Part shown: one piece after another, positions 1-11,978 of the stretch
Numbering within the stretch: position 1 is the stretch's first letter
Layout: each line of letters begins with the position of its first letter
Assembly (NCBI GenBank): GCA_964057225.1
Contig: OZ059896.1
Location: forward strand, 868,001 to 932,000
DNA length: 64,000 nt
Reading direction: 5' to 3'
Source: Auanema rhodensis
Lineage: Eukaryota > Animalia > Nematoda
The notes under the pieces: generated by a model
What the model was told of the DNA's origin: nothing
Seen by the model: only the letters and a program-made list of their open reading frames with translations
Databases searched by the model: none
Position numbers and translations under genes: made by a program

Positions 1-78
1 ACCAATATCAATAAAAATTTGTTTTTAGACTAATATGGACATGGGGAATCTAATTTTGAAAACCGCATCTCTTTATCT

Positions 79-150
79 TTCACGTGAAGCGAGTTACATA
101 CCAAGTGCACATCACGTGTACATTTAATTAGCATAAATTAAAGTTCACGT
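79..150. promoter_or_regulatory. Per-monomer cluster of E-box/G-box-type motifs (shown for monomer 1): TTCACGTGAA 79-88, ATCACGTG 111-118, TTCACGTA 144-151
   Basis: The motifs are read directly from the sequence and repeated in nearly every monomer. Any protein-binding or regulatory function is unproven. Confidence 0.3.
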
Positions 151-337
151 AAATTTCAAAGTTATGGTTACCATGCACCAATATCAATAAAAATTTGTTT
201 TTAGACTAATATGGACATGGGGAATCTAATTTTGAAAACCGCATCTCTTTATCTTTCACGTGAAGCGAGTTACATACCAAGTGCACATCACGTGTACATT
301 TAATTAGCATAAATTAAAGTTCACGTAAATTTCAAAG

Positions 338-352
338 TCATGGTTACCATGA
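338..352. other. 15-bp dyad TCATGGT-T-ACCATGA in each monomer (monomer positions 162-176; shown for monomer 2)
   Basis: Perfect 7-bp arms surround a single central base and contain GGTNACC. The common A176C allele shortens the arms by 1 bp. Confidence 0.9.
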
Positions 353-3300
353 ACCAATATCAATAAAAAATTGTTTTCAGACTAATATGGACATGGGGAA
401 TCTAATTTCAAAAACCGCATCTCTTTATCTTTCACGTGAAGCGAGTTACATACCAAGTGCACATCACGTGTACATTTAAGTAGCATAAATTAAAGTTCAC
501 GTAATTTTCAAAGTCATGGTTACCATGAACCAATATCAATAAAAATTTGTTTTTAGACTAATATGGACATGAAGAATCTAATTTTGAAAACCGCATCTCT
601 TTATCTTTCACGTGAAGCGAGTTACATACCAAGTGCACATCACGTGCACATTTAATTAGCATAAATTAAAGTTCACGTAAATTTCAAAGTCATGGTTACC
701 ATGAACCAATATCAATAAAAATTTGTTTTTAGACTAATATGGACATGGGGAATCTAATTTCAAAAACCGCATCTCTTTATCTTTCACGTGAAGCGAGTTA
801 CATACCAAGTGCACATCACGTGTACATTTAATTAGCATAAATTAAAGTTCACGTAAATTTCAAAGTCATGGTTACCATGAACCAATATCAATAAAAATTT
901 GTTTTTAGACTAATATGGACATGAAGAATCTAATTTTGAAAACCGCATCTCTTTATCTTTCACGTGAAGCGAGTTACATACCAAGTGCACATCACGTGTA
1001 CATTTAATTAGCATAAATTAAAGTTCACGTAAATTTCAAAGTCATGGTTACCATGAACCAATATCAATAAAAATTTGTTTTTAGAATAATATGGACATGG
1101 GAAATCTAATTTTGAAAACCGCATCTCTTTATCTTTCACGTGAAGCGAGTTACATACCAAGTGCACATCACGTGTACATTTAATTAGCATAAATTAAAGT
1201 TCACGTAAATTTCAAAGTCATGGTTACCATGAACCAATATCAATAAAAATTTGTTTTTAGACTGATATGGACATGGGGAATCTAATTTTGAAAACCGCAT
1301 CTCTTTATCTTTCACGTGAAGCGAGTTACATACCAAGTGCACATCACGTGTACATTTAATTAGCATAAATTAAAGTTCACGTAAATTTCAAAGTCATGGT
1401 TACCATGAACCAATATCAATATAAAAATTTGTTTTTAGACTAATATGGACATGGGGAATCTAATTTCGAAAACCGCATCTCTTTATCTTTCACGTGAAGC
1501 GAGTTACATACCAAGTGCACATCACGTGTACATTTAATTAGCATAAATTAAAGTTCACGTAAATTTCAAAGTCATGGTTACCATGAACCAATATCAATAA
1601 AAATTTGTTTTTAGACTGATATGGACATGAAGAATCTAATTTTGAAAACCGCATCTCTTTATCTTTCACGTGAAGCGAGTTACATACCAAGTGCACATCA
1701 CGTGTACATTTAATTAGCATAAATTAAAGTTCACGTAAATTTCAAAGTCATGGTTACCATGAACCAATATCAATAAAAATTTGTTTTTAGACTAATATGG
1801 ACATGAAGAATCTAATTTTGAAAACCGCATCTCTTTATCTTTCACGTGAAGCGAGTTACATACCAAGTGCACATCACGTGTACATTTAATTAGCATAAAT
1901 TAAAGTTCACGTAAATTTCAAAGTCATGGTTACCATGCACCAATATCAATAAAAGTTTGTTTTTAGACTAATATGGACATGGGGAATCTAATTTTGAAAA
2001 CCGCATCTCTTTATCTTTCAGGTGAAGCAAGTTACATACCAAGTGCACATCACGTGTACATTTAATTAGCATAAATTAAAGTTCACGTAAATTTCAAAGT
2101 CATGGTTACCATGCACCAAAATCAATAAAAATTTGTTTTTAGACTAATATGGACATGGGGAATCTAATTTTGAAAACCGCATCTCTTTATCTTTCACGTG
2201 AAGCGAGTTACATACCAAGTGCACATCACGTGTACATTTAATTAGCATAAATTAAAGTTCACGTAAATTTCAAAGTCATGGTTACCATGCACCAATATCA
2301 ATAAAAATTTGTTTTTAGACTAATATGGACATGGGGAATCTAATTTTGAAAACCGCATCTCTTTATCTTTCACGTGAAGCGAGTTACATACCAAGTGCAC
2401 ATCACGTGTACATTTAATTAGCATAAATTAAAGTTCACGTAAATTTCAAAGTTATGGTTACCATGCACCAATATCAATAAAAATTTGTTTTTAGACTAAT
2501 ATGGACATGGGGAATCTAATTTTGAAAACCGCATCTCTTTATCTTTCACGTGAAGCGAGTTACATACCAAGTGCACATCACGTGTACATTTAATTAGCAT
2601 AAATTAAAGTTCACATAAATTTCAAAGTCATGGTTACCATGAACCAATATCAATAAAAAATTGTTTTCAGACTAATATGGACATGGGGAATCTAATTTCA
2701 AAAACCGCATCTCTTTATCTTTCACGTGAAGCGAGTTACATACCAAGTGCACATCACGTGTACATTTAAGTAGCATAAATTAAAGTTCACGTAAATTTCA
2801 AAGTCATGGTTACCATGAACCAATATCAATAAAAATTTGTTTTTAGACTAATATGGACATGAAGAATCTAATTTTGAAAACCGCATCTCTTTATCTTTCA
2901 CGTGAAGCGAGTTACATACCAAGTGCACATCACGTGCACATTTAATTAGCATAAATTAAAGTTCACGTAAATTTCAAAGTCATGGTTACCATGAACCAAT
3001 ATCAATAAAAATTTGTTTTTAGACTAATATGGACATGGGGAATCTAATTTCAAAAACCGCATCTCTTTATCTTTCACGTGAAGCGAGTTACATACCAAGT
3101 GCACATCACGTGTACATTTAATTAGCATAAATTAAAGTTCACGTAAATTTCAAAGTCATGGTTACCATGAACCAATATCAATAAAAATTTGTTTTTAGAC
3201 TAATATGGACATGAAGAATCTAATTTTGAAAACCGCATCTCTTTATCTTTCACGTGAAGCGAGTTACATACCAAGTGCACATCACGTGTACATTTAATTA

Positions 3301-6300
3301 GCATAAATTAAAGTTCACGTAAATTTCAAAGTCATGGTTACCATGAACCAATATCAATAAAAATTTGTTTTTAGACTAATATGGACATGAAGAATCTAAT
3401 TTTGAAAACCGCATCTCTTTATCTTTCACGTGAAGCGAGTTACATACCAAGTGCACATCACGTGTACATTTAATTAGCATAAATTAAAGTTCACGTAAAT
3501 TTCAAAGTCATGGTTACCATGCACCAATATCAATAAAAGTTTGTTTTTAGACTAATATGGACATGGGGAATCTAATTTTGAAAACCGCATCTCTTTATCT
3601 TTCAGGTGAAGCAAGTTACATACCAAGTGCACATCACGTGTACATTTAATTAGCATAAATTAAAGTTCACGTAAATTTCAAAGTCATGGTTACCATGCAC
3701 CAAAATCAATAAAAATTTGTTTTTAGACTAATATGGACATGGGGAATCTAATTTTGAAAACCGCATCTCTTTATCTTTCACGTGAAGCGAGTTACATACC
3801 AAGTGCACATCACGTGTACATTTAATTAGCATAAATTAAAGTTCACGTAAATTTCAAAGTCATGGTTACCATGCACCAATATCAATAAAAATTTGTTTTT
3901 AGACTAATATGGACATGGGGAATCTAATTTTGAAAACCGCATCTCTTTATCTTTCACGTGAAGCGAGTTACATACCAAGTGCACATCACGTGTACATTTA
4001 ATTAGCATAAATTAAAGTTCACGTAAATTTCAAAGTTATGGTTACCATGCACCAATATCAATAAAAATTTGTTTTTAGACTAATATGGACATGGGGAATC
4101 TAATTTTGAAAACCGCATCTCTTTATCTTTCACGTGAAGCGAGTTACATACCAAGTGCACATCACGTGTACATTTAATTAGCATAAATTAAAGTTCACAT
4201 AAATTTCAAAGTCATGGTTACCATGAACCAATATCAATAAAAAATTGTTTTCAGACTAATATGGACATGGGGAATCTAATTTCAAAAACCGCATCTCTTT
4301 ATCTTTCACGTGAAGCGAGTTACATACCAAGTGCACATCACGTGTACATTTAAGTAGCATAAATTAAAGTTCACGTAAATTTCAAAGTCATGGTTACCAT
4401 GAACCAATATCAATAAAAATTTGTTTTTAGACTAATATGGACATGAAGAATCTAATTTTGAAAACCGCATCTCTTTATCTTTCACGTGAAGCGAGTTACA
4501 TACCAAGTGCACATCACGTGCACATTTAATTAGCATAAATTAAAGTTCACGTAAATTTCAAAGTCATGGTTACCATGAACCAATATCAATAAAAATTTGT
4601 TTTTAGACTAATATGGACATGGGGAATCTAATTTCAAAAACCGCATCTCTTTATCTTTCACGTGAAGCGAGTTACATACCAAGTGCACATCACGTGTACA
4701 TTTAATTAGCATAAATTAAAGTTCACGTAAATTTCAAAGTCATGGTTACCATGAACCAATATCAATAAAAATTTGTTTTTAGACTAATATGGACATGAAG
4801 AATCTAATTTTGAAAACCGCATCTCTTTATCTTTCACGTGAAGCGAGTTACATACCAAGTGCACATCACGTGTACATTTAATTAGCATAAATTAAAGTTC
4901 ACGTAAATTTCAAAGTCATGGTTACCATGAACCAATATCAATAAAAATTTGTTTTTAGAATAATATGGACATGGGAAATCTAATTTTGAAAACCGCATCT
5001 CTTTATCTTTCACGTGAAGCGAGTTACATACCAAGTGCACATCACGTGTACATTTAATTAGCATAAATTAAAGTTCACGTAAATTTCAAAGTCATGGTTA
5101 CCATGAACCAATATCAATATAAAAATTTGTTTTTAGACTAATATGGACATGGGGAATCTAATTTCGAAAACCGCATCTCTTTATCTTTCACGTGAAGCGA
5201 GTTACATACCAAGTGCACATCACGTGTACATTTAATTAGCATAAATTAAAGTTCACGTAAATTTCAAAGTCATGGTTACCATGAACCAATATCAATAAAA
5301 ATTTGTTTTTAGACTGATATGGACATGAAGAATCTAATTTTGAAAACCGCATCTCTTTATCTTTCACGTGAAGCGAGTTACATACCAAGTGCACATCACG
5401 TGTACATTTAATTAGCATAAATTAAAGTTCACGTAAATTTCAAAGTCATGGTTACCATGAACCAATATCAATAAAAATTTGTTTTTAGAATAATATGGAC
5501 ATGGGAAATCTAATTTTGAAAACCGCATCTCTTTATCTTTCACGTGAAGCGAGTTACATACCAAGTGCACATCACGTGTACATTTAATTAGCATAAATTA
5601 AAGTTCACGTAAATTTCAAAGTCATGGTTACCATGAACCAATATCAATAAAAATTTGTTTTTAGACTGATATGGACATGGGGAATCTAATTTTGAAAACC
5701 GCATCTCTTTATCTTTCACGTGAAGCGAGTTACATACCAAGTGCACATCACGTGTACATTTAATTAGCATAAATTAAAGTTCACGTAAATTTCAAAGTCA
5801 TGGTTACCATGAACCAATATCAATAAAAATTTGTTTTTAGACTGATATGGACATGGGGAATCTAATTTTGAAAATCGCATCTCTTCATCTTTCACGTGAA
5901 GCGAGTTACATACCAAGTGCACATCACGTGTACATTTAATTAGCATAAATTAAAGTTCACGTAAATTTCAAAGTCATGGTTACCATGAACCAATATCAAT
6001 AAAAATTTGTTTTTAGACTAATATGGACATGGGGAATCTAATTTTGAAAACCGCATCTCTTTATCTTTCACGTGAAGCGAGTTACATACCAAGTGCACAT
6101 CACGTGTACATTTAATTAGCATAAATTAAAGTTCACGTAAATTTCAAAGTCATGGTTACCATGCACCAATATCAATAAAAATTTGTTTTTAGACTAATAT
6201 GGACATGGGGAATCTAATTTTGAAAACCGCATCTCTTTATCTTTCACGTGAAGCGAGTTACATACCAAGTGCACATCACGTGTACATTTAATTAGCATAA

Positions 6301-9300
6301 ATTAAAGTTCACGTAAATTTCAAAGTTATGGTTACCATGCACCAATATCAATAAAAATTTGTTTTTAGACTAATATGGACATGGGGAATCTAATTTTGAA
6401 AACCGCATCTCTTTATCTTTCACGTGAAGCGAGTTACATACCAAGTGCACATCACGTGTACATTTAATTAGCATAAATTAAAGTTCACATAAATTTCAAA
6501 GTCATGGTTACCATGAACCAATATCAATAAAAAATTGTTTTCAGACTAATATGGACATGGGGAATCTAATTTCAAAAACCGCATCTCTTTATCTTTCACG
6601 TGAAGCGAGTTACATACCAAGTGCACATCACGTGTACATTTAAGTAGCATAAATTAAAGTTCACGTAAATTTCAAAGTCATGGTTACCATGAACCAATAT
6701 CAATAAAAATTTGTTTTTAGACTAATATGGACATGAAGAATCTAATTTTGAAAACCGCATCTCTTTATCTTTCACGTGAAGCGAGTTACATACCAAGTGC
6801 ACATCACGTGCACATTTAATTAGCATAAATTAAAGTTCACGTAAATTTCAAAGTCATGGTTACCATGAACCAATATCAATAAAAATTTGTTTTTAGACTA
6901 ATATGGACATGGGGAATCTAATTTCAAAAACCGCATCTCTTTATCTTTCACGTGAAGCGAGTTACATACCAAGTGCACATCACGTGTACATTTAATTAGC
7001 ATAAATTAAAGTTCACGTAAATTTCAAAGTCATGGTTACCATGAACCAATATCAATAAAAATTTGTTTTTAGACTAATATGGACATGAAGAATCTAATTT
7101 TGAAAACCGCATCTCTTTATCTTTCACGTGAAGCGAGTTACATACCAAGTGCACATCACGTGTACATTTAATTAGCATAAATTAAAGTTCACGTAAATTT
7201 CAAAGTCATGGTTACCATGAACCAATATCAATAAAAATTTGTTTTTAGAATAATATGGACATGGGAAATCTAATTTTGAAAACCGCATCTCTTTATCTTT
7301 CACGTGAAGCGAGTTACATACCAAGTGCACATCACGTGTACATTTAATTAGCATAAATTAAAGTTCACGTAAATTTCAAAGTCATGGTTACCATGAACCA
7401 ATATCAATATAAAAATTTGTTTTTAGACTAATATGGACATGGGGAATCTAATTTCGAAAACCGCATCTCTTTATCTTTCACGTGAAGCGAGTTACATACC
7501 AAGTGCACATCACGTGTACATTTAATTAGCATAAATTAAAGTTCACGTAAATTTCAAAGTCATGGTTACCATGAACCAATATCAATAAAAATTTGTTTTT
7601 AGACTGATATGGACATGAAGAATCTAATTTTGAAAACCGCATCTCTTTATCTTTCACGTGAAGCGAGTTACATACCAAGTGCACATCACGTGTACATTTA
7701 ATTAGCATAAATTAAAGTTCACGTAAATTTCAAAGTCATGGTTACCATGAACCAATATCAATAAAAATTTGTTTTTAGAATAATATGGACATGGGAAATC
7801 TAATTTTGAAAACCGCATCTCTTTATCTTTCACGTGAAGCGAGTTACATACCAAGTGCACATCACGTGTACATTTAATTAGCATAAATTAAAGTTCACGT
7901 AAATTTCAAAGTCATGGTTACCATGAACCAATATCAATAAAAATTTGTTTTTAGACTGATATGGACATGGGGAATCTAATTTTGAAAACCGCATCTCTTT
8001 ATCTTTCACGTGAAGCGAGTTACATACCAAGTGCACATCACGTGTACATTTAATTAGCATAAATTAAAGTTCACGTAAATTTCAAAGTCATGGTTACCAT
8101 GAACCAATATCAATAAAAATTTGTTTTTAGAATAATATGGACATGGGAAATCTAATTTTGAAAACCGCATCTCTTTATCTTTCACGTGAAGCGAGTTACA
8201 TACCAAGTGCACATCACGTGTACATTTAATTAGCATAAATTAAAGTTCACGTAAATTTCAAAGTCATGGTTACCATGAACCAATATCAATAAAAATTTGT
8301 TTTTAGACTAATATGGACATGAAGAATCTAATTTTGAAAACCGCATCTCTTTATCTTTCACGTGAAGCGAGTTACATACCAAGTGCACATCACGTGTACA
8401 TTTAATTAGCATAAATTAAAGTTCACGTAAATTTCAAAGTCATGGTTACCATGAACCAATATCAATAAAAATTTGTTTTTAGAATAATATGGACATGGGA
8501 AATCTAATTTTGAAAACCGCATCTCTTTATCTTTCACGTGAAGCGAGTTACATACCAAGTGCACATCACGTGTACATTTAATTAGCATAAATTAAAGTTC
8601 ACGTAAATTTCAAAGTCATGGTTACCATGAACCAATATCAATATAAAAATTTGTTTTTAGACTAATATGGACATGGGGAATCTAATTTCGAAAACCGCAT
8701 CTCTTTATCTTTCACGTGAAGCGAGTTACATACCAAGTGCACATCACGTGTACATTTAATTAGCATAAATTAAAGTTCACGTAAATTTCAAAGTCATGGT
8801 TACCATGAACCAATATCAATAAAAATTTGTTTTTAGACTGATATGGACATGAAGAATCTAATTTTGAAAACCGCATCTCTTTATCTTTCACGTGAAGCGA
8901 GTTACATACCAAGTGCACATCACGTGTACATTTAATTAGCATAAATTAAAGTTCACGTAAATTTCAAAGTCATGGTTACCATGAACCAATATCAATAAAA
9001 ATTTGTTTTTAGAATAATATGGACATGGGAAATCTAATTTTGAAAACCGCATCTCTTTATCTTTCACGTGAAGCGAGTTACATACCAAGTGCACATCACG
9101 TGTACATTTAATTAGCATAAATTAAAGTTCACGTAAATTTCAAAGTCATGGTTACCATGAACCAATATCAATAAAAATTTGTTTTTAGACTGATATGGAC
9201 ATGGGGAATCTAATTTTGAAAACCGCATCTCTTTATCTTTCACGTGAAGCGAGTTACATACCAAGTGCACATCACGTGTACATTTAATTAGCATAAATTA

Positions 9301-11978
9301 AAGTTCACGTAAATTTCAAAGTCATGGTTACCATGAACCAATATCAATAAAAATTTGTTTTTAGACTGATATGGACATGGGGAATCTAATTTTGAAAATC
9401 GCATCTCTTCATCTTTCACGTGAAGCGAGTTACATACCAAGTGCACATCACGTGTACATTTAATTAGCATAAATTAAAGTTCACGTAAATTTCAAAGTCA
9501 TGGTTACCATGAACCAATATCAATAAAAATTTGTTTTTAGACTAATATGGACATGGGGAATCTAATTTTGAAAACCGCATCTCTTTATCTTTCACGTGAA
9601 GCGAGTTACATACCAAGTGCACATCACGTGTACATTTAATTAGCATAAATTAAAGTTCACGTAAATTTCAAAGTCATGGTTACCATGCACCAATATCAAT
9701 AAAAATTTGTTTTTAGACTAATATGGACATGGGGAATCTAATTTTGAAAACCGCATCTCTTTATCTTTCACGTGAAGCGAGTTACATACCAAGTGCACAT
9801 CACGTGTACATTTAATTAGCATAAATTAAAGTTCACGTAAATTTCAAAGTTATGGTTACCATGCACCAATATCAATAAAAATTTGTTTTTAGACTAATAT
9901 GGACATGGGGAATCTAATTTTGAAAACCGCATCTCTTTATCTTTCACGTGAAGCGAGTTACATACCAAGTGCACATCACGTGTACATTTAATTAGCATAA
10001 ATTAAAGTTCACATAAATTTCAAAGTCATGGTTACCATGAACCAATATCAATAAAAAATTGTTTTCAGACTAATATGGACATGGGGAATCTAATTTCAAA
10101 AACCGCATCTCTTTATCTTTCACGTGAAGCGAGTTACATACCAAGTGCACATCACGTGTACATTTAAGTAGCATAAATTAAAGTTCACGTAAATTTCAAA
10201 GTCATGGTTACCATGAACCAATATCAATAAAAATTTGTTTTTAGACTAATATGGACATGAAGAATCTAATTTTGAAAACCGCATCTCTTTATCTTTCACG
10301 TGAAGCGAGTTACATACCAAGTGCACATCACGTGCACATTTAATTAGCATAAATTAAAGTTCACGTAAATTTCAAAGTCATGGTTACCATGAACCAATAT
10401 CAATAAAAATTTGTTTTTAGACTAATATGGACATGGGGAATCTAATTTCAAAAACCGCATCTCTTTATCTTTCACGTGAAGCGAGTTACATACCAAGTGC
10501 ACATCACGTGTACATTTAATTAGCATAAATTAAAGTTCACGTAAATTTCAAAGTCATGGTTACCATGAACCAATATCAATAAAAATTTGTTTTTAGACTA
10601 ATATGGACATGAAGAATCTAATTTTGAAAACCGCATCTCTTTATCTTTCACGTGAAGCGAGTTACATACCAAGTGCACATCACGTGTACATTTAATTAGC
10701 ATAAATTAAAGTTCACGTAAATTTCAAAGTCATGGTTACCATGAACCAATATCAATAAAAATTTGTTTTTAGAATAATATGGACATGGGAAATCTAATTT
10801 TGAAAACCGCATCTCTTTATCTTTCACGTGAAGCGAGTTACATACCAAGTGCACATCACGTGTACATTTAATTAGCATAAATTAAAGTTCACGTAAATTT
10901 CAAAGTCATGGTTACCATGAACCAATATCAATATAAAAATTTGTTTTTAGACTAATATGGACATGGGGAATCTAATTTCGAAAACCGCATCTCTTTATCT
11001 TTCACGTGAAGCGAGTTACATACCAAGTGCACATCACGTGTACATTTAATTAGCATAAATTAAAGTTCACGTAAATTTCAAAGTCATGGTTACCATGAAC
11101 CAATATCAATAAAAATTTGTTTTTAGACTGATATGGACATGAAGAATCTAATTTTGAAAACCGCATCTCTTTATCTTTCACGTGAAGCGAGTTACATACC
11201 AAGTGCACATCACGTGTACATTTAATTAGCATAAATTAAAGTTCACGTAAATTTCAAAGTCATGGTTACCATGAACCAATATCAATAAAAATTTGTTTTT
11301 AGAATAATATGGACATGGGAAATCTAATTTTGAAAACCGCATCTCTTTATCTTTCACGTGAAGCGAGTTACATACCAAGTGCACATCACGTGTACATTTA
11401 ATTAGCATAAATTAAAGTTCACGTAAATTTCAAAGTCATGGTTACCATGAACCAATATCAATAAAAATTTGTTTTTAGACTGATATGGACATGGGGAATC
11501 TAATTTTGAAAACCGCATCTCTTTATCTTTCACGTGAAGCGAGTTACATACCAAGTGCACATCACGTGTACATTTAATTAGCATAAATTAAAGTTCACGT
11601 AAATTTCAAAGTCATGGTTACCATGAACCAATATCAATAAAAATTTGTTTTTAGACTGATATGGACATGGGGAATCTAATTTTGAAAACCGCATCTCTTC
11701 ATCTTTCACGTGAAGCGAGTTACATACCAAGTGCACATCACGTGTACATTTAATTAGCATAAATTAAGGTTCACGTAAATTTCAAAGTCATGGTTACCAT
11801 GAACCAATATCAATAAAAATTTGTTTTTAGACTAATATGGACATGGGGAATCTAATTTCGAAAACCGCATCTCTTTATCTTTCACGTGAAGCGAGTTACA
11901 TACCAAGTGCACATCACGTGTACATTTAATTAGCATAAATTAAAGTTCACGTAAATTTCAAAGTCGTGGTTACCATGA

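Larger units (their letters stand above)
1..11800 (+). repeat. Sub-domain A: HOR with 9-, 13- and 20-monomer periods
   Basis: A marker monomer (AAAAAATTGTTTTCAG, TTTCAAAA, TTAAGTAGC) starts at 353, 2643, 4227, 6517 and 10041 (spacings 2290, 1584, 2290, 3524). 178-bp +AT monomers start at 1409, 5107, 7397, 8631 and 10921. Confidence 0.9.

Noticed and set aside
1-176. Tandem 5S rRNA, tRNA, snRNA or spliced-leader gene unit, or telomeric repeat
   Set aside because: There is no recognisable structured-RNA sequence or Pol III A/B/C boxes, GC is too low, and there are no TTAGG/TTAGGG/TTTAGGG runs.
111-230. Budding-yeast point centromere (CDEI ATCACGTG followed by AT-rich DNA)
   Set aside because: There is no >90% AT CDEII and no properly placed CDEIII (CCGAA) element. 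Point centromeres are single-copy, not tandem arrays.
1464-1482. CENP-B box in TTCG-bearing monomers (TTTCGAAAACCGCATC)
   Set aside because: It matches only TTCG of NTTCGNNNNANNCGGGN; the required A and CGGG are missing.
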